From contig NC_087251.1 in NCBI RefSeq assembly GCF_037042905.1, positions 10,790,001-10,854,000 on the forward strand: DNA of 64,000 nt. Reading direction: 5' to 3'. Source of the stretch: Lytechinus pictus. Taxonomy: Eukaryota. A program made the position numbers and the translations under genes. The notes below the pieces were generated by a model. It did no database searches. It had not been told where the DNA came from and saw only the letters and a program-made list of their open reading frames with translations. Positions 49,853-64,000 of the stretch are shown here, one piece after another (within the stretch, counting starts at the first letter, position 1; every line of letters begins with the position of its first letter).

Positions 49853-50556
49853 TATATATTATTTTCATTGAAATAGGTTGTATGATAGTACGCTATGATC
49901 TGTCAATATCAAGTTACATTGATGACCACCTCGCTAGTCTACTACCACCCCCATCTGAGCAGATCATTAGACTTATATGAACTTGATATGTGCTATGGAT
50001 ATGACCGTTTGCTTTTGAAATAAGGACTGAATTTCAATTTCATCCAAGATTTTGGTCTGAAATGGCCTTTGACCTGGGTCCAATGACCTGAAAGTTTTTA
50101 TTCACACAATGGGTGACTGAGGCTCCCACTGGCGTAAATCCCGGGGGGGATGGGGGGGGGATATATCCCCCCCACTTTTGGAGGAGGGGGGGGGGTGGCC
50201 AGTACAAACATCCCCCCACTTTTTACGAAAGAAATTTTTAAAAAATCACAAGAGATAAGTGTTTTATTGGTGAAAATTCTTCCTGAAATACCGCTTAACA
50301 AATAAAACAATATCATTGAATCATATAAAAATGCAAATAAAGAGCCAGTTCACCATTTCCAAACGAAATACTTATGTCCTTATTATAACATTGAAGAGAA
50401 ACTCCCGTTTCTTCCAATTCATCAATGTTGGGGTCTTTGGGAAGGGATTAAGATGGAATGTCAATTCTTTTTTAATGTAATCTCTAATAAAACCATTAAA
50501 CCATCATGGGGTAAAAAAGATAATAATATTGGAGGGGTATTTGCCATATGGACATA

Positions 50557-52302
50557 CAGTGGCGTAACTACGGGGGGGGGGGGGGCATGGGGGGCACGCC
50601 CCTCCCCCCAATCGGCTGACAAAAAAAAAACGGGGAAAAGGGGGAAAGGAGAAAAGAGGGAGAAAGAAGAGAAGCGTATAGTGGGAAAGAAGAAAATATT
50701 ATTCATTATAATGTTATATTATAATTATGTTATGTTACATTACATAAGAAACATTTTTATCATAACTTCATGAAACATAATTTGCCCAGGGCCTACGTCT
50801 TCATTGTTCCTGGTGCTTGCATTGTCTGTTAACGAGATATATAATCCTGTTGTACTGAAACATCCCGTTTTCAAGTCAATATAAACCAAATATATTTCCT
50901 ATAGCACTTGAGTTATCATTGTTTTATGTAATGACATATGCTTCTTTTACATGACTCAAAAAGTGATTGCCCCATGTTAAGGTCTTCGTATATATGAAAC
51001 ATTTCCTGTCCGTGATTACGTTCGCATTAGTGGATTGGTGAGATATGTCTGCTCTTCATGAATTCCTAAAATCAGTCCTTAAAATGTCCCTTCTTCTGAT
51101 CTGAATATCAAAAATTTTCAGCTTGCGCTTCGCGCTCGCATCATTTGGATATTGAATTACGTATGGTCCTAGTTAATTCCTACAAAGAAACCTTAGAATG
51201 CCCCACTTCAGGTCTGAATTATCTAAATTTTCAGCTCGCGCTTCGCGCTCGCAATTTTTGACCCGGGGGGGCCACTTCCATTCACGAGTGGATACCATGC
51301 GCGACCATGGGGTCTCGAAAAGCACCCAAAACACGTAATTTCCATATTCTGAAAATGCACCCCTTAACAAGTATTGGCGCGTGAAACCCTACCCTTAACA
51401 AGTATTGGAAACAAAACGATACTCTTGGCAAATATTCCCTGAAATGAACCCCTAAACAAGTACAGGAATATTTTATTGTTACGGGTCCTTCGGTCGTCGG
51501 CTTTACCTTATTTGGTTTAGTACGACCCCACTTTCTACACCTCGCGCAAATCGGACTCTAAACACGAAGTTTTGGGGCAAAATGGACATCCTTTATAAAA
51601 CATTTTAATTTTGTTTTATCATTCCCGCAAATTCGACCCTAAACACGTAATTTTCCTAGCGAAATAGACACCCTTTTTTCATTATTTTTGTGTTTTTGAC
51701 ACCCTTATCACGTTACGTACGTTACGTGCCCTATCGTGAAAAGGACATCCTTTTTACGTGTTTTTTTGGTCGCGCATGGTATCCACTCGTCAATGTAAGT
51801 GGCCCCCCCGGGATTTTTGATTAGTGAGATGCGTATGATAATCATGATTGCAATGACTACAAAAAGTGTTTCATGTGTTCAGATATAATTCTTATAAACC
51901 AGCAAGCGCTTGGCACTCGCATTAGATGACTATGGTGAGATATGCATACTCTTAATGGATTCCTAAAATATATTCCTCAAAATATCGCTGTTTGCATGGG
52001 GTCAGAATATACGAAAACTTCAGCTCGCGCTTCGCGCTCGTATTGTTTAGCGAGACAGGTACCTATCATGATTACACAAATTTGACAATAATGTCTCTTT
52101 TTAGGTGTGAATATTAAAAAAAATCAGCTCGCGCTTCGCGCTCGCATTATTTGATCAGGGAGATGCATATCCGTTTAATGACATTGTCCAGAAAATGTCT
52201 CTATTAGGTCAGTATAACTGGCAACTGAGCGCGCTCACTCAGTGATTCAAACATTTTGCTGGTGCCCCCCTCCCCAATGCCGTGACCCACCGTACGCCAC
52301 TG
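50557..52302. mobile_element. hAT non-autonomous element (middle layer)
   Basis: TIR CAGTGGCGTA; 8-bp TSD TGGACATA at 50549 and 52303; internal GCTCGCGCTTCGCGCTCGC repeats. Confidence 0.9.
51262..51812. mobile_element. CCCGGG-ended MITE (inner layer)
   Basis: ~46-bp TIR; 8-bp TSD ATTTTTGA at 51254 and 51813. Confidence 0.9.
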
Positions 52303-53204
52303 TGGACATATCACTAATGACAATTCCTTGCATATCTAAAAACATGATTGCAAAAAAAAAAGCCAAAATATTTCAGTCATCCCCCCACCCATCAACACGG
52401 ATTTACGCCAGTGGAGGCTCCTATAGGACTATGCAAACTTCATGGAATATATTTTTTTTCAGAGAACAAAATAGGGCCTAATATATTTGATAACAAAAAA
52501 CAGAATTCATTGACCTCGGTTGATCTTGACTTTTAAATACATTATTAAGTTCATGTTAAATTTTATATTCTGATTCAATAAAACCATTCCACACAAATTT
52601 CTTGATTTTATATAAAGTTAAGTGATCTGAAATGACCTTTGACCTTGACCCATGATCTGAACAATGTACTCCGGCATATTGCTAATACCGAATAACTGAT
52701 AACTACTCTATTCAATTTTAGCAATATAAGGGCCTTGTGATTTCAAAATATCTTGAGATGGTTAACCTTCTGTTAAACTGCACGGTTTATACAAATTTAT
52801 TGACCCTAATAGTGTCACAAAATCTGTCATTGGTGCAGTTAGCAAACAGGCCCTCCACAATGTAAAAATGACTACAAGGTGGATGACATGCTCTTAACAA
52901 TGAAAAGGGAATTAAAATTGTCAAAAGCAGGGGAAAAATATTTGGTGTAAGTTGGCCTCTGTACTCTCCTAATTTCCAAATCCAATAGGTAAAAACCTGT
53001 ATTTTTTATTTGCTTTTTAGTGACTTCAACATTTATAAACAACAATGAAATACTTATGAAATCATAAACTGACAAATAACTTCATACATGTACATCAAGG
53101 TACCAGTATAAAATAACAGAATTGAATTGCATGGACCTGGATAATCATCGAACCATATATGGAGCTAACAGTACGATCGAATCCCCTTCACCCTTCCCCC
53201 CTGG

Positions 53205-53499
53205 CAGTGGCGTACCTAGGATTTTCCACAGGGGGGGGGCAAAACCGTCAGCCAAAAAAATTGACAAGCAAAAAAAAAAAAAAAAAGGTCTTAAATCACA
53301 AATATAAAAGGATTTAGTACCAGAAAAAAAAAAAAAGGTCTTCAAGCTCGTCAGGGGGGCAATAAAGGTCTTCAAGCTCGTCAGGGGGGCAAAAAAGGTC
53401 TTTCAAGCTCGTCAGGGGGGCATGGATACGTCCTTTGCATGGGTTGTGGCTCGTCAGGGGGGCAGACTGCCCCCCCCCCCCCCCCGTATGACGCTAGTG
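53205..53499. mobile_element. hAT MITE abutting the TRMT61A promoter
   Basis: CAGTGGCGT...ACGCTAGTG imperfect TIR; 8-bp TSD CCCCCTGG; internal ~30-bp tandem repeats. Confidence 0.85.
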
Positions 53500-53539
53500 C
53501 CCCCTGGCCTCCCCTCCATCGGTGATCCATACATTAACG

Positions 53540-53580
53540 GATAACACGTGTGCGCAGCTGGATGTAGCCAATGCACTGCG
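53540..53580 (+). promoter_or_regulatory. candidate TRMT61A proximal promoter (E-box and CCAAT)
   Basis: CACGTG at 53545-53550 and CCAAT at 53568-53572, ~100-125 bp upstream of the ATG; motif-level evidence only. Confidence 0.45.
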
Positions 53581-53660
53581 GCAGCCTGAGCCCTGGGCCT
53601 GACTACCTTGTCTTTGTCTTTGAAAATAAAACTTATCAAACTAAGTCATTTGGTAGTTAG

Positions 53661-54032
<372 letters not shown>

Positions 54033-54057
54033 TAGATTCATAATCAGTCATTGGCGG

Positions 54058-54772
54058 TAGTGCACTTTCGCACCCCAGCCCGGAGTTCACTCAGCTCAGC
54101 TCAGCCCTAGCCAGGAGGCTCCTAAAGAGTAAAGATCATTTACTAAGTAACGTATGCTTACCCTCCATGGAGCCAGGAATTCCTTCCCATTCATCTGCAC
54201 GTACCGTCAAAAACTGAAACTTTTGCCCCCGACTCGAGATTTCTACTTCTAATTATAAGCCTACGCCTAAATCATGTAAAAAAAAACTAAATCGGGATAT
54301 AACTTTATAAGTTACAACTTCATTTCTCCGCTATCAAATTCATTTTTAAACAAGAATTCATTAAAAAATTAGAAAAATATTGCAAAAAGATGGAGGAGAC
54401 TTGCCCGATGTTTATGCCGCTATCTTGTTTCCTGACCTAAGTATTGACTATTGTTCACCAACGTTACATTGATGAATTTGATTTTGATGAATTCTTGTTT
54501 AAAAATGAAATCGATAGCGTAGAAATGTCGGAAATGAAGTTGTATCCCATGTAAATGATTAAGGGCTAGATCTTTTAGGAGAGTACAAATCTCAGGAGCG
54601 AAAGTTTCAGGTTTTTTGGCGGTACGTGCAGATGAATCGGAAGGAATTCCTGGCTCCATGGAGAGTAAGCATACGTTAGTAAATGATTTGTAGGAGCCTC
54701 CTGGCTAGCTCAGCCTCGGTGCTCGCTGTTGACGAAGCTTGCGAACTGACTTCGGGGTGCGAAAGTGCACTA
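54058..54772. mobile_element. palindromic TAG...CTA-ended MITE in TRMT61A intron 1
   Basis: TAGTGCACTTTCGCACCCC TIR with ~300-bp imperfect inverted arms; no TSD seen. Confidence 0.75.
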
Positions 54773-55281
54773 ATATTGACACGACTATCTTATAACATAC
54801 AAATAATGCTTGCAGCCGAGTGCGTTAGTGGAAATGCAGAGCACGTGAGGTTTCTTTTGATAGGTGCCACACTGCACTAGCCGCTGGCAGCGAGTGCCCA
54901 GTGTGCACCATCTGAAGAAACCGAGCTTTCTCTCAAATTCTCTGCATTTACTTTTGCGCACGATAGAGCGAGTGCATTATTTGTTTTATAAAATAGCAAC
55001 ACAAACAAATTCTTAAAAAGTTACAGTGCAGAAGTTTTATTGGACTTCTCCCGGGACTTCTACCGCACTTGTCTGCTTGAGCGTGCAATGTCAATTTTCG
55101 TTGCGCACCTTTTGCGCTGCCGTGCAATGCACAAAAAGTTGGATGTCATGTGACGCGTATTGGCCAATTGCGATGCTGGAGATAATACACCTATTTGATA
55201 AAACCCTTAATTTTTAAACTAAAGACTCATTTAAAGTTTTTAAAAGCTCACCAAATAAGTTCTCTGTAATGTAAGATCCCA

Positions 55282-57885
55282 AGGGCGATTCCACACTAGA
55301 ACTTCAAAAATAAGTAGTGTAATATTTTACTATGATACCTAAATTTTATGAAAATTATGAGTTTTAACCAAAAGTGAAGTCAGATCTATTTTTTTGGGGG
55401 GAAAACAATGGAATTTTCAATTTTCAATAATTTTGCTAATTAAATAGTCCAGTACAAAGTTACTACAAACACTGCCTGAAATGATTATTGGCAAAGCACA
55501 AGAAGATTGAAAATATTGCAGGTCAATGGAAAATGTATCATTGATGGTTCCAAATAATATCTACAACATTTTCATGATCCATACTAGGGGCAGCCCTGAT
55601 TTTTCCGATCCTATTTTTGGCAATGTCCCGTACGACACACAATATATACTGCATTTAATTGCAGGATTTGGATTCAGAAACTATAAATAATAGGCCTATT
55701 TTAATTTAAGTAATTGATAAAGTGAACTGAAAAAGTACTTTTTTTATCTCCATAGAACATGAAATAAGTGATTCTAACCATTTTAATTGACGTCATGTAG
55801 GCGTATTCTTTTGTGAATCTCTTCAGCCAAACTGCCAAAACGGGTGATTTTCACTGGTCAAAGCATTGAGCATGAAAAGAAAGCCTTTATAATTGATTCA
55901 TCCTAGCCTGGAAGATGACTTCCTCTTGCATGCTAATGTGAAATTATAAGATGTAAAAAAAAATATTTACATATCAATCAATATAATAACTTAATAATTT
56001 AGTCTTATATAGCGCTTTTCATGGAATCATATCAAAGCGCTTTACAATGTAGAACATACTAAATATACAAACATAAGTGAAATTAGAAATCATTTTACTA
56101 AAAAATAAAAAATATCAAGGACACTGTAAATGGGGCTATGTTGAATATGCTTTCTTCGTGAGGTACGTCTTTAAATTAGATCGAAACGAAGTGATATTTG
56201 GGATACAACGGAGGGAAGCTGGAAGAGTGTTCCAAAGACGTGGGGCAGAGCTTGAAAAGGACCTATCACCAAAAAGTTTAGTTTTTGCTTTTTTGACTGT
56301 TAAGAAATTTTGATTTGCAGAACGAAGGGACCTACTGGGAGTATATGCCTATTAAATCAGAGAGATATTTTGGAGCATGTCCATGAAGAGATTTGAATGT
56401 TAGGAGTAGAATTTTGAATTGTATACGAAATTTAATGGGGAGCCAGTGCAATTGTTTAAGAGTAGGTGTTACATGGTCATGTTTTTAGTGAGGGAAACTT
56501 GACGGGCTGCAGAGTTTTGTATTCTCTGCAGCTTAGAAATATTCTTTTCTGGAATTCCATGGAGCAGGCTATTGCAACTGTCAAGAAGTGAACTAATAAA
56601 TGCATGAATGAGGACTTCAGTAGATGACTTTGAGAGATATTTTCGAATTTTACCAATTTTTCTTAGGGCAAAGGATGCTTTACGACAGATGCTGTTGACA
56701 TGGGGACGCATTGAAAAGTTTTTATCAAACAAAACACCTAAGTAACCGTTTTAGAGGGATGTAGGGATCATCTATTTGGACTTCCCTTGATGATCACTAA
56801 TTGTTTTATATACAGTATTGAAACTCCTTACTTTTTTCAAGTTGTAAAAAAAAATCTGGAAAATAAGACAAACCATATGGTTTCATGAAATGCAGAAAGG
56901 TTTGAAAAAGTAGAATCGCATTTCTTTAGAAAAAAAAATTGTGGAATTACAAGTAACAGTTTTGACATATATCATGAATATGTACATTTTATATGAAAAA
57001 TCATAACATTTTAGCCCCATAATTTACACAAACAGTTTCATTCATTCATTGTTTAAATAGTGTATTGGAAATCATCAATTAATTCACTAAAATATAACTT
57101 AACTCGTAAAAATGCTGTGAACCATTGTACATTTCCCATCATGAAAAAAATGATAATATATTGCTCCTGATTGTATATGTTGAGGTTACTTAATTATATT
57201 GTCCTGAATGGCTACTTATTAAAAGGCTTTTCATTAAAAAGGAAGAATTTAGGGGCAATGCTCCCCTTCTGATTGATAAAAAGTTCATTGTTTTATTCAG
57301 GCTGTCCAGTACAACACGCAAGTGCCTGTTCAACACACAAGTGTCTATTCAGCCAATAGCGGTTTCTAACATACTGAATGTCTTTAGTTTGATAGGATTA
57401 TCATTATCATCAGCCAAATAAAGTGATTGAAGAAGTCAAAGAGACATAAAGTAAGAAAGTTTGGCTTCAATTTAGAGATATCCCGTACAACACATTTTGA
57501 GTGTCCCGTACGCCGCAATGTTCTCGAAAATTGTAATTTGCTTTTATATTAATTCATGAATGTTTATTTTGCTTTCTTTCATAGATGTGTTTGTTCTTGG
57601 GTAATTTAATATCAATTTGAGTTCAGTTTCTATGAAAATTATCTGTCCAACTCACAGACTATAGAGTACAACAAGCCACTTTTTCTGCGTCCGTATGACA
57701 CATTACTATTTTAAATCTGTATTATACAGGATGTGAATTCAAGTCATGTTAAGTCTTTGTTTTCCTAAAACTCTGGTAGTACTTGATGATCACCTTTAGT
57801 TACTGGAATATTTTTTGTTTGTCTTGTCAAAAAACTGTCAAATGTTCTCTAAATGTCCCGTACAACACGTATGGAATCACCCCCT
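55282..57885. mobile_element. old GGG-ended DNA transposon remnant
   Basis: GGGCGATTCCA...TGGAATCACCC ends and several internal GTCCCGTAC(G/A)ACAC repeats; diverged. Confidence 0.45.
55985..56745 (-). mobile_element. L2/Crack-clade LINE, 5'-truncated and frameshifted
   Basis: LIHAFISSLLDSCNSLL..LQRIQNSAAR, then LHWLPIKFRIQFKILLL in another frame; AAGCGCTATATAAG followed by an ATT-rich 3' tail. Confidence 0.85.
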
Positions 57886-58242
57886 ATCTGAAATTTTCAA
57901 TGAGAATTGGGAAGAAAAATATTTCTAAACTTGGCCAGTAGATCTAGGTGATAGATCTAGATCTATTTGAAGATAATAATCTTTTAAATTTTTTTTAAAC
58001 TTGTGCGAGGAATCAAATTGAGACAATTCTGTTCTTGCTCACTCATTCAATGAACAAGGTTATAATATAACCTTGTTCTCTGTTTAATAGTACTCCATGT
58101 GTGGCAAAATAAGGTTGGCAATGTTTGGCTTTTTTCTCTCTTTTTCTTTGGAACAAATGTTTGGTTGTTTGACAGATTCCATTACAGCTAATCATATACA
58201 TGTATTTTGTCCTGTCTTTCCATTAATGCCCACAATCACCTA

Positions 58243-58601
58243 TTGATTATTATGGCATATGAACGTCAAGATTGACTTTACCAGAATTTTGCTGGGACCA
58301 GCAGGTGCGATACACTGGGTGAACATGGCTTACTCTTTGACGAATAGTATATTGGTTTTAATGTGCATGCATAGGTTGTGACTCTCCTGTACAGGGGGCC
58401 AACATTTGCGTCCTTTCCGATGGAAAGAGTGTTTTCCAACTACATTCACACCTGCACTGAATACAGTGGTGAGGCACGCTTACACACAATGCTATAGCAT
58501 CATATTTTTTGTAAGACGCATTTCAGCATGAGCGGGACGCGAACCCCTCACGCTATGAACTTATCCGAACCATGCGCTCTAACTGACTGAGCTACGCTGC
58601 C
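58243..58601 (-). mobile_element. tRNA-derived SINE
   Basis: minus-strand head GGCAGCGTAGCTCAGTCAG...GGTTCGCGTCC; body with a TCCATCGGAAAGGACGC block; ATAATAAT tail. Confidence 0.6.
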
Positions 58602-59391
58602 TCCAACTTGGCTCTTAAGTCTTGAGTAAATTTGATTCTTTTAATTATTTTTTCTGAATTAAAAACAGAGATTGAAAAATTAAAATTTTCTTGCCATATT
58701 ACTCTACACCAATAGAGGGCGTACACAAAAAAATATGCCCAAAATTCAAGTTTTTGAGCGCTCTGGTGAATACAAAAAAATAAATTGCAATTGTATGGAA
58801 ATTAGTATTTTTGGTCACAAACGTGTTATTTTAATGATTTTTTAGTTCACCCTGATTCATAAAAAATAAGAAAACTGACAGAATATAGTGAAGCAATTTT
58901 TTTTATTAAGATCCACCAAAATTGGTAATTAAAACAAAAAAAATTTGATTTTTCAAAAATTATTGTTTTCTTTAGGCCTATTTATTATTATTTATTTTTT
59001 ATTTATTTTTTTATTTTTTTTGGGTGGGGGGCTTTCCACGAAATATATATGATCTGATATTTATCTTGATCCAGAAATTGCTTAGCTTAATCTTATAAAG
59101 CTTTGTTTGGGTTTCAGAACCAGCTGCATAGTTGACGGTGTTTTCTAGAGTGTGTATTTCAATTCGTTAAGATCAGGCTAAGTGGAAAATATTTTGATGT
59201 GTAGACACTCGATCATTGGACCCTCCCCGTAATTTGTGACACGACAGTGATATATATTTGAGCAGCTCCCCCCATGTACTATATAAATTTCGTAAATTCA
59301 ATTTTCAGTGGAACATGAACGAGTAAATAGGCCTATATTGACCCCATAAATGAAATTTTTTTTTTTTAATTACACCTTTAAAACACATTGA

Positions 59392-59640
<249 letters not shown>

Positions 59641-60397
59641 TAATTTGTTCTGATAATTAATCTGTTGACTACTCCATTCAGACACTGCAAGCTAATTAAA
59701 AAATGATATAGCATTACTGATTGATTTTTTTTCTTCAAATTCAGTAAAAATTAGATGCATGGAATGGCTGTAGCAAAGCAAAGTCCTGTTAATCTGTAAT
59801 TTATTTGATTGAAATGTAGATGTAGCTCATCACATCATTTTGTTCTAGCTTGCTAATGTTTGGATTCATGCTCATACTTGGCAATTTTGTTTCATAAAAT
59901 TGAATTACATATTGAAGTGAGCTATCGAAACAGTGCTGTGATGACACAGTTTTGCTGTCCATTCATTTAATGATCATGTTTACATAGGGTTCAATGATAA
60001 TGATGAAGCCTTACATTCGACGGAGTGAGTGTTTTATGCACACATGCAATGTATGTAAAAAGGAAAAAAAATTATTGCTGGATATTGAAAGTCAATCTTA
60101 CAAAGACTGACGCTTTTGCAGTAGAATGATGCAGTTTGATTATGTTTGTTAATATACACCACATACATGTATGCATACTTGATACTTGATTTGGCAGCTC
60201 ATACAGAAGCTATACTGGGATGATGAATGATTCCATTGACCCACCAAATAGACCCGTGAATCATTGTTTTTGTAGTGTGGTTATCCTTTCAAATAAGTAA
60301 ACTTTAAAATCAACTTGTCACATAAAGTAGACATGCTTATTTAATGCTTATTTTGTGTGGCTAGCATTGGCTCTGCTATCCTCAGCTATAGCTCTGA

Positions 60398-61277
60398 GGC
60401 TGGGTTCACATAGAAGTATACTATTCGGGTATATAAGGTGCACGTTCTAGAGGGCATGCGAATAGCTTGAATCGAACAATAGGATTTCCTAATACCGGGT
60501 CACATGAGAGGGCACTATACGAAAATGCCGTATAGCTGCGTATAGTATAGTATAGTGGGAATTGTACTTGTTTGATTTTCGTGCAGCGTATACAGGTGGT
60601 GTTCTGAATTTCCCTATAATATTTACTGTGTGCGTTGGTTAAATGAGGTAAGTTCAAATGAAATGATTTCTTGGTACTCATTTCATTGGAATTTCTTAGC
60701 ACATGCCGTCATATTTAAGTTATCCAGCACTTCAGAGTTTATCTCATGCACATGCTGTATGATTTATGTGGGCTCTGCATTTTTCGTTTCGTCTTTTTTT
60801 ACCTTGAAATGACTGAAGATACAAGGTCAAAAAGGTCCGCAGCGAAGGCTACTTGAGCTATGTTGTTGTGTATCACTGAGTCATGTTTAATTAATTACTT
60901 AATTATTCTTATAAGAAGTCGATAATAATGTGGAAATAGATTTCATTCAATAAAATATTGTTTATAAAATGATTTATTTATTATTTCACTTTTGCTATGA
61001 TTTCACAGAGCTGGGATGGGGGAGTAGAATCAAGCTCCCCCCTAAAAATGACGTCATCAAAGCAAAAATAGGAATGATTGATAAAATCAATTAGGCTGAT
61101 ACAGGTTTGAAATCTTAAAAGAAGAGCCAAATCTTCTTCGTCTGAAGTATCCATTTTGAATATTAAAGTAGGACACGCGTGCTACCTTTATGTGACCCGC
61201 CATGCCCGTATAGCGTATAGCGAATAGCGAATAGAGAATACCGTATACCGTATACTTAGAACTATGTGAACCCAGCC
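60398..61277. mobile_element. PIF/Harbinger MITE
   Basis: TIR GGCTGGGTTCACATAG with TGA TSD. Confidence 0.85.
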
Positions 61278-62089
61278 TGACAGATTAAACTGACTCAAAC
61301 TCTACAGGCTTATTACCTGTAGAGAGTAACAGTCATGTACATGTAAGTTTACCATTCTCAAGTCAAATACCACAATTTGGCACAGTGTATTAACTTTATA
61401 CAGAAATTAGACTCCATCTAGATTCTACTGAAATTACATCTACTTAATACTTAAAAACATTTACAGTATTTGCTCAGGAATATTTGTAAATCATTATTTC
61501 CAGATTGTAATTTTGAGTTATCCATGGACGTATATGCTGTGCATTGATTCATATGCATTCTCAGCAGGGAGCTTAATTATATAGTGCTGTATAATCATAG
61601 AGATGTATACTAATAACGCTAGAGTGCGGAGTCGCCATAGGCGCGCGTACTTAACGTTTGTGATTGCGCGGAGAATGGTCGGCCATTGCTCGATAGGTCT
61701 CGATTTGCAAAAGTACCCGGATGTACGCATAGCTCGTGCGTTGTAATGCTGTGAAAAAGGGATGCCGTCTCCGGCCTTTTTCTTGAAGAAAAGAATCCAA
61801 CCTAATTACAATCCGAATCGAAAATATGAATGACAAATTGCATCTCAATAAACTATTAGAGTGATTACATGGGGATTCTGCTATTAATTTGGCATTTTTA
61901 AACCTGATTTCTCGGGATGAAATTCTAAATAATTTGCATTTATACCTGTCCGTTTATAGGCCCTTAATAGATAACAATGTTGATACTATCATATAAATAA
62001 TTAGATAAAAATTAAAAACATACAACGGACATTAATAGAAAGATTGACAATTGATTCAAAAGACAGTGAATTAGCCCATCCCCGGAGCC

Positions 62090-62861
62090 CATCTTCTCTG
62101 GATTTCCTTACCTTTAACTGCATCGTCCCCAGCATATTTCCTTCAATCACGTCCTTTCATTCCATGTTCTCGTGACCAATATGTTTATGTCGGATATAAT
62201 TTTGTAATTTCTATATAGGCCTACAATATGTAACTTGCTTTAATTTGTATGAAATATAGGCCTATCATTTTTATATATTAAGTTGTACAATAATTTGTAT
62301 AATGTTCTGATCTTTGATTACTATATATATACATGCGCTATTATAATTTTAGTATAAAGGGCATCTCATTGTTGTTCTTGGTGAACCTCCCGTTACACCA
62401 TCAATGTTAAAATTTGTGTTATTTGGTGAACGTCGTAATTTTGTTCTTATAGGAACATAATAAATTCCCCAAAATCATCTTCTCTGGATTTCCTTACCTT
62501 TAACTGCATCGTCCCCAGCATATTTCCTTCAATCACGTCCTTTCATTCCATGTTCTCGTGACCAATATGTTTATGTCGGATATAATTTTGTAATTTCTAT
62601 ATAGGCCTACAATATGTAACTTGCTTTAATTTGTATGAAATATAGGCCTATCATTTTTATATATTAAGTTGTACAATAATTTGTATAATGTTCTGATCTT
62701 TGATTACTATATATATACATGCGCTATTATAATTTTAGTATAAAGGGCATCTCATTGTTGTTCTTGGTGAACCTCCCGTTACACCATCAATGTTAAAATT
62801 TGTGTTATTTGGTGAACGTCGTAATTTTGTTCTTATAGGAACATAATAAATTCCCCAAAAT
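62090..62861. repeat. tandem duplication, 386 bp x2
   Basis: CATCTTCTCTGGATTTCC... at 62090 and 62476; no differences seen by eye. Confidence 0.92.
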
Positions 62862-62980
62862 CTGCAGGCCTACATGTATATGGCCCGAAAATGAAATATT
62901 GATTAAAAAATGTCGAGAATATAGCTTTTTATTGTTCAAACTTTTCACTTTTTAATTCCCTTCACTAAGTTCACTTTAAT

Positions 62981-64000
62981 GTTAACCATCAATTTTTATT
63001 TCAGTTATTACATAAATTGAAATTCAAGGACTCACTTATTAATTGGATTAAAGTTTTGTATAATGATGCTTCCGGAAGAGTGATTAATAACGGTTGGATG
63101 TCACAAAATTTCAAAATAGAACAAGGTGTAAGACAAGGCTGCCCACTCTCAGCCTTACTGTTTTTATTAATTGCTGATGTTATGACAAGGAAAATAAAAC
63201 AAAACGATAATATTGAAGGAATCATTATTCCAGGAGAAAATGGAACCCAGTGTTCAGAAAAAGAAATCAAAATATCACAGCTTGCTGATGATGCAGTAAT
63301 TTTTGTGAGTTCTGTTAATTCTGGTAATATTGCGATAGAAGATATAAGGCAATTTGGAGAAATTGCAGGCCCTAAACTTAATATAACAAAAACTCATGCA
63401 ATGTCCATCTTCCCTCAAGATGAAACCTTAAGAGATATACAATGGACAAATGATCCAGTGAAATACCTTGGTATTTTTGTAGGTACAGATAAACGTAAAA
63501 AAGAAAGAATGAATTGGGATACAAAACTAGTTAAAATTCAATCTATAATGAACATCTGGAAAATGAGAAATTTAACTATATATGGCAAAATAGTAATACT
63601 TAAATCTTTGATAATATCACAAATTGTTTACCCTGCAACTGTAATACACGTGCCAAACAACCTGGCACGTGAATTAGAGAAAATGATGTATATATTTATT
63701 TGGGGCTCGAAAAAAGAAAAGATAAAACGAAATGTTTGTATTAATTCATTCAATAAAGGAGGATTAGAGATGATAGACTTAAATTCAAAATTATCTTCAT
63801 TAAAACTTTCATGGATTTCAAAATATTTAAAATATGATGATCAACCATGGATGTACTTGTTCAAATTTTGGACAGCAAAGATAGGACCGATGCCCTTGTG
63901 TCTCCGTTTCAATTGTTCGAAAAAAGATATGTCAATTGTATGTATGAAAAAGCAAATTCCATCCTTTTATACAGATCTATTATGCTCTTGGTATGACATA
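62981..64000 (+). mobile_element. L1/Tx1-clade LINE ORF2 (RT) fragment, 5'-truncated, open to the window end
   Basis: VNHQFL..WIKVLY..INNGW..GVRQGCPLS.LLF..QLADD..KYLGI..W..RNLTIYGK..GGL; no stop in ~340 codons. Confidence 0.92.

Larger units (their letters stand above)
50127..52413. mobile_element. hAT non-autonomous element (outer layer of nest)
   Basis: TIR CACTGGCGTAAATCC; 8-bp TSD GAGGCTCC at 50119 and 52414. Confidence 0.9.

Overview
AT-rich, transposon-dense eukaryotic DNA. The repeat types suggest an invertebrate deuterostome such as a sea urchin, but this is inference. From left to right the window holds: (1) the 3' half of a Ty3/Gypsy LTR retrotransposon with open RT and RNase H, a deleted integrase core, and a PPT plus 594-bp 3' LTR; (2) a + strand clan-3 (CYP3A-like) cytochrome P450 with 12 traceable in-frame coding exons over 19884-46745, whose membrane-anchor exon I could not locate; (3) the first two coding exons of TRMT61A (tRNA m1A58 methyltransferase); (4) a 5'-truncated but open L1/Tx1 RT fragment running off the end. 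Introns and intergenic DNA are filled with non-autonomous elements, many with readable TIRs and TSDs (hAT, Kolobok-like, Harbinger, Sola-like, Tc1, DINE-1/Helentron-type, SINEs, L2). The most unusual structures are a 4.4-kb TU/foldback-type element, a ~1-kb inverted copy of TRMT61A-upstream DNA fused to a MITE inside a CYP intron, a three-level transposon nest with all TSDs intact, an RFX X-box-rich foldback MITE, and an element carrying two tRNA-like Pol III cassettes. All coordinates and identities were read by eye; no searches were run.
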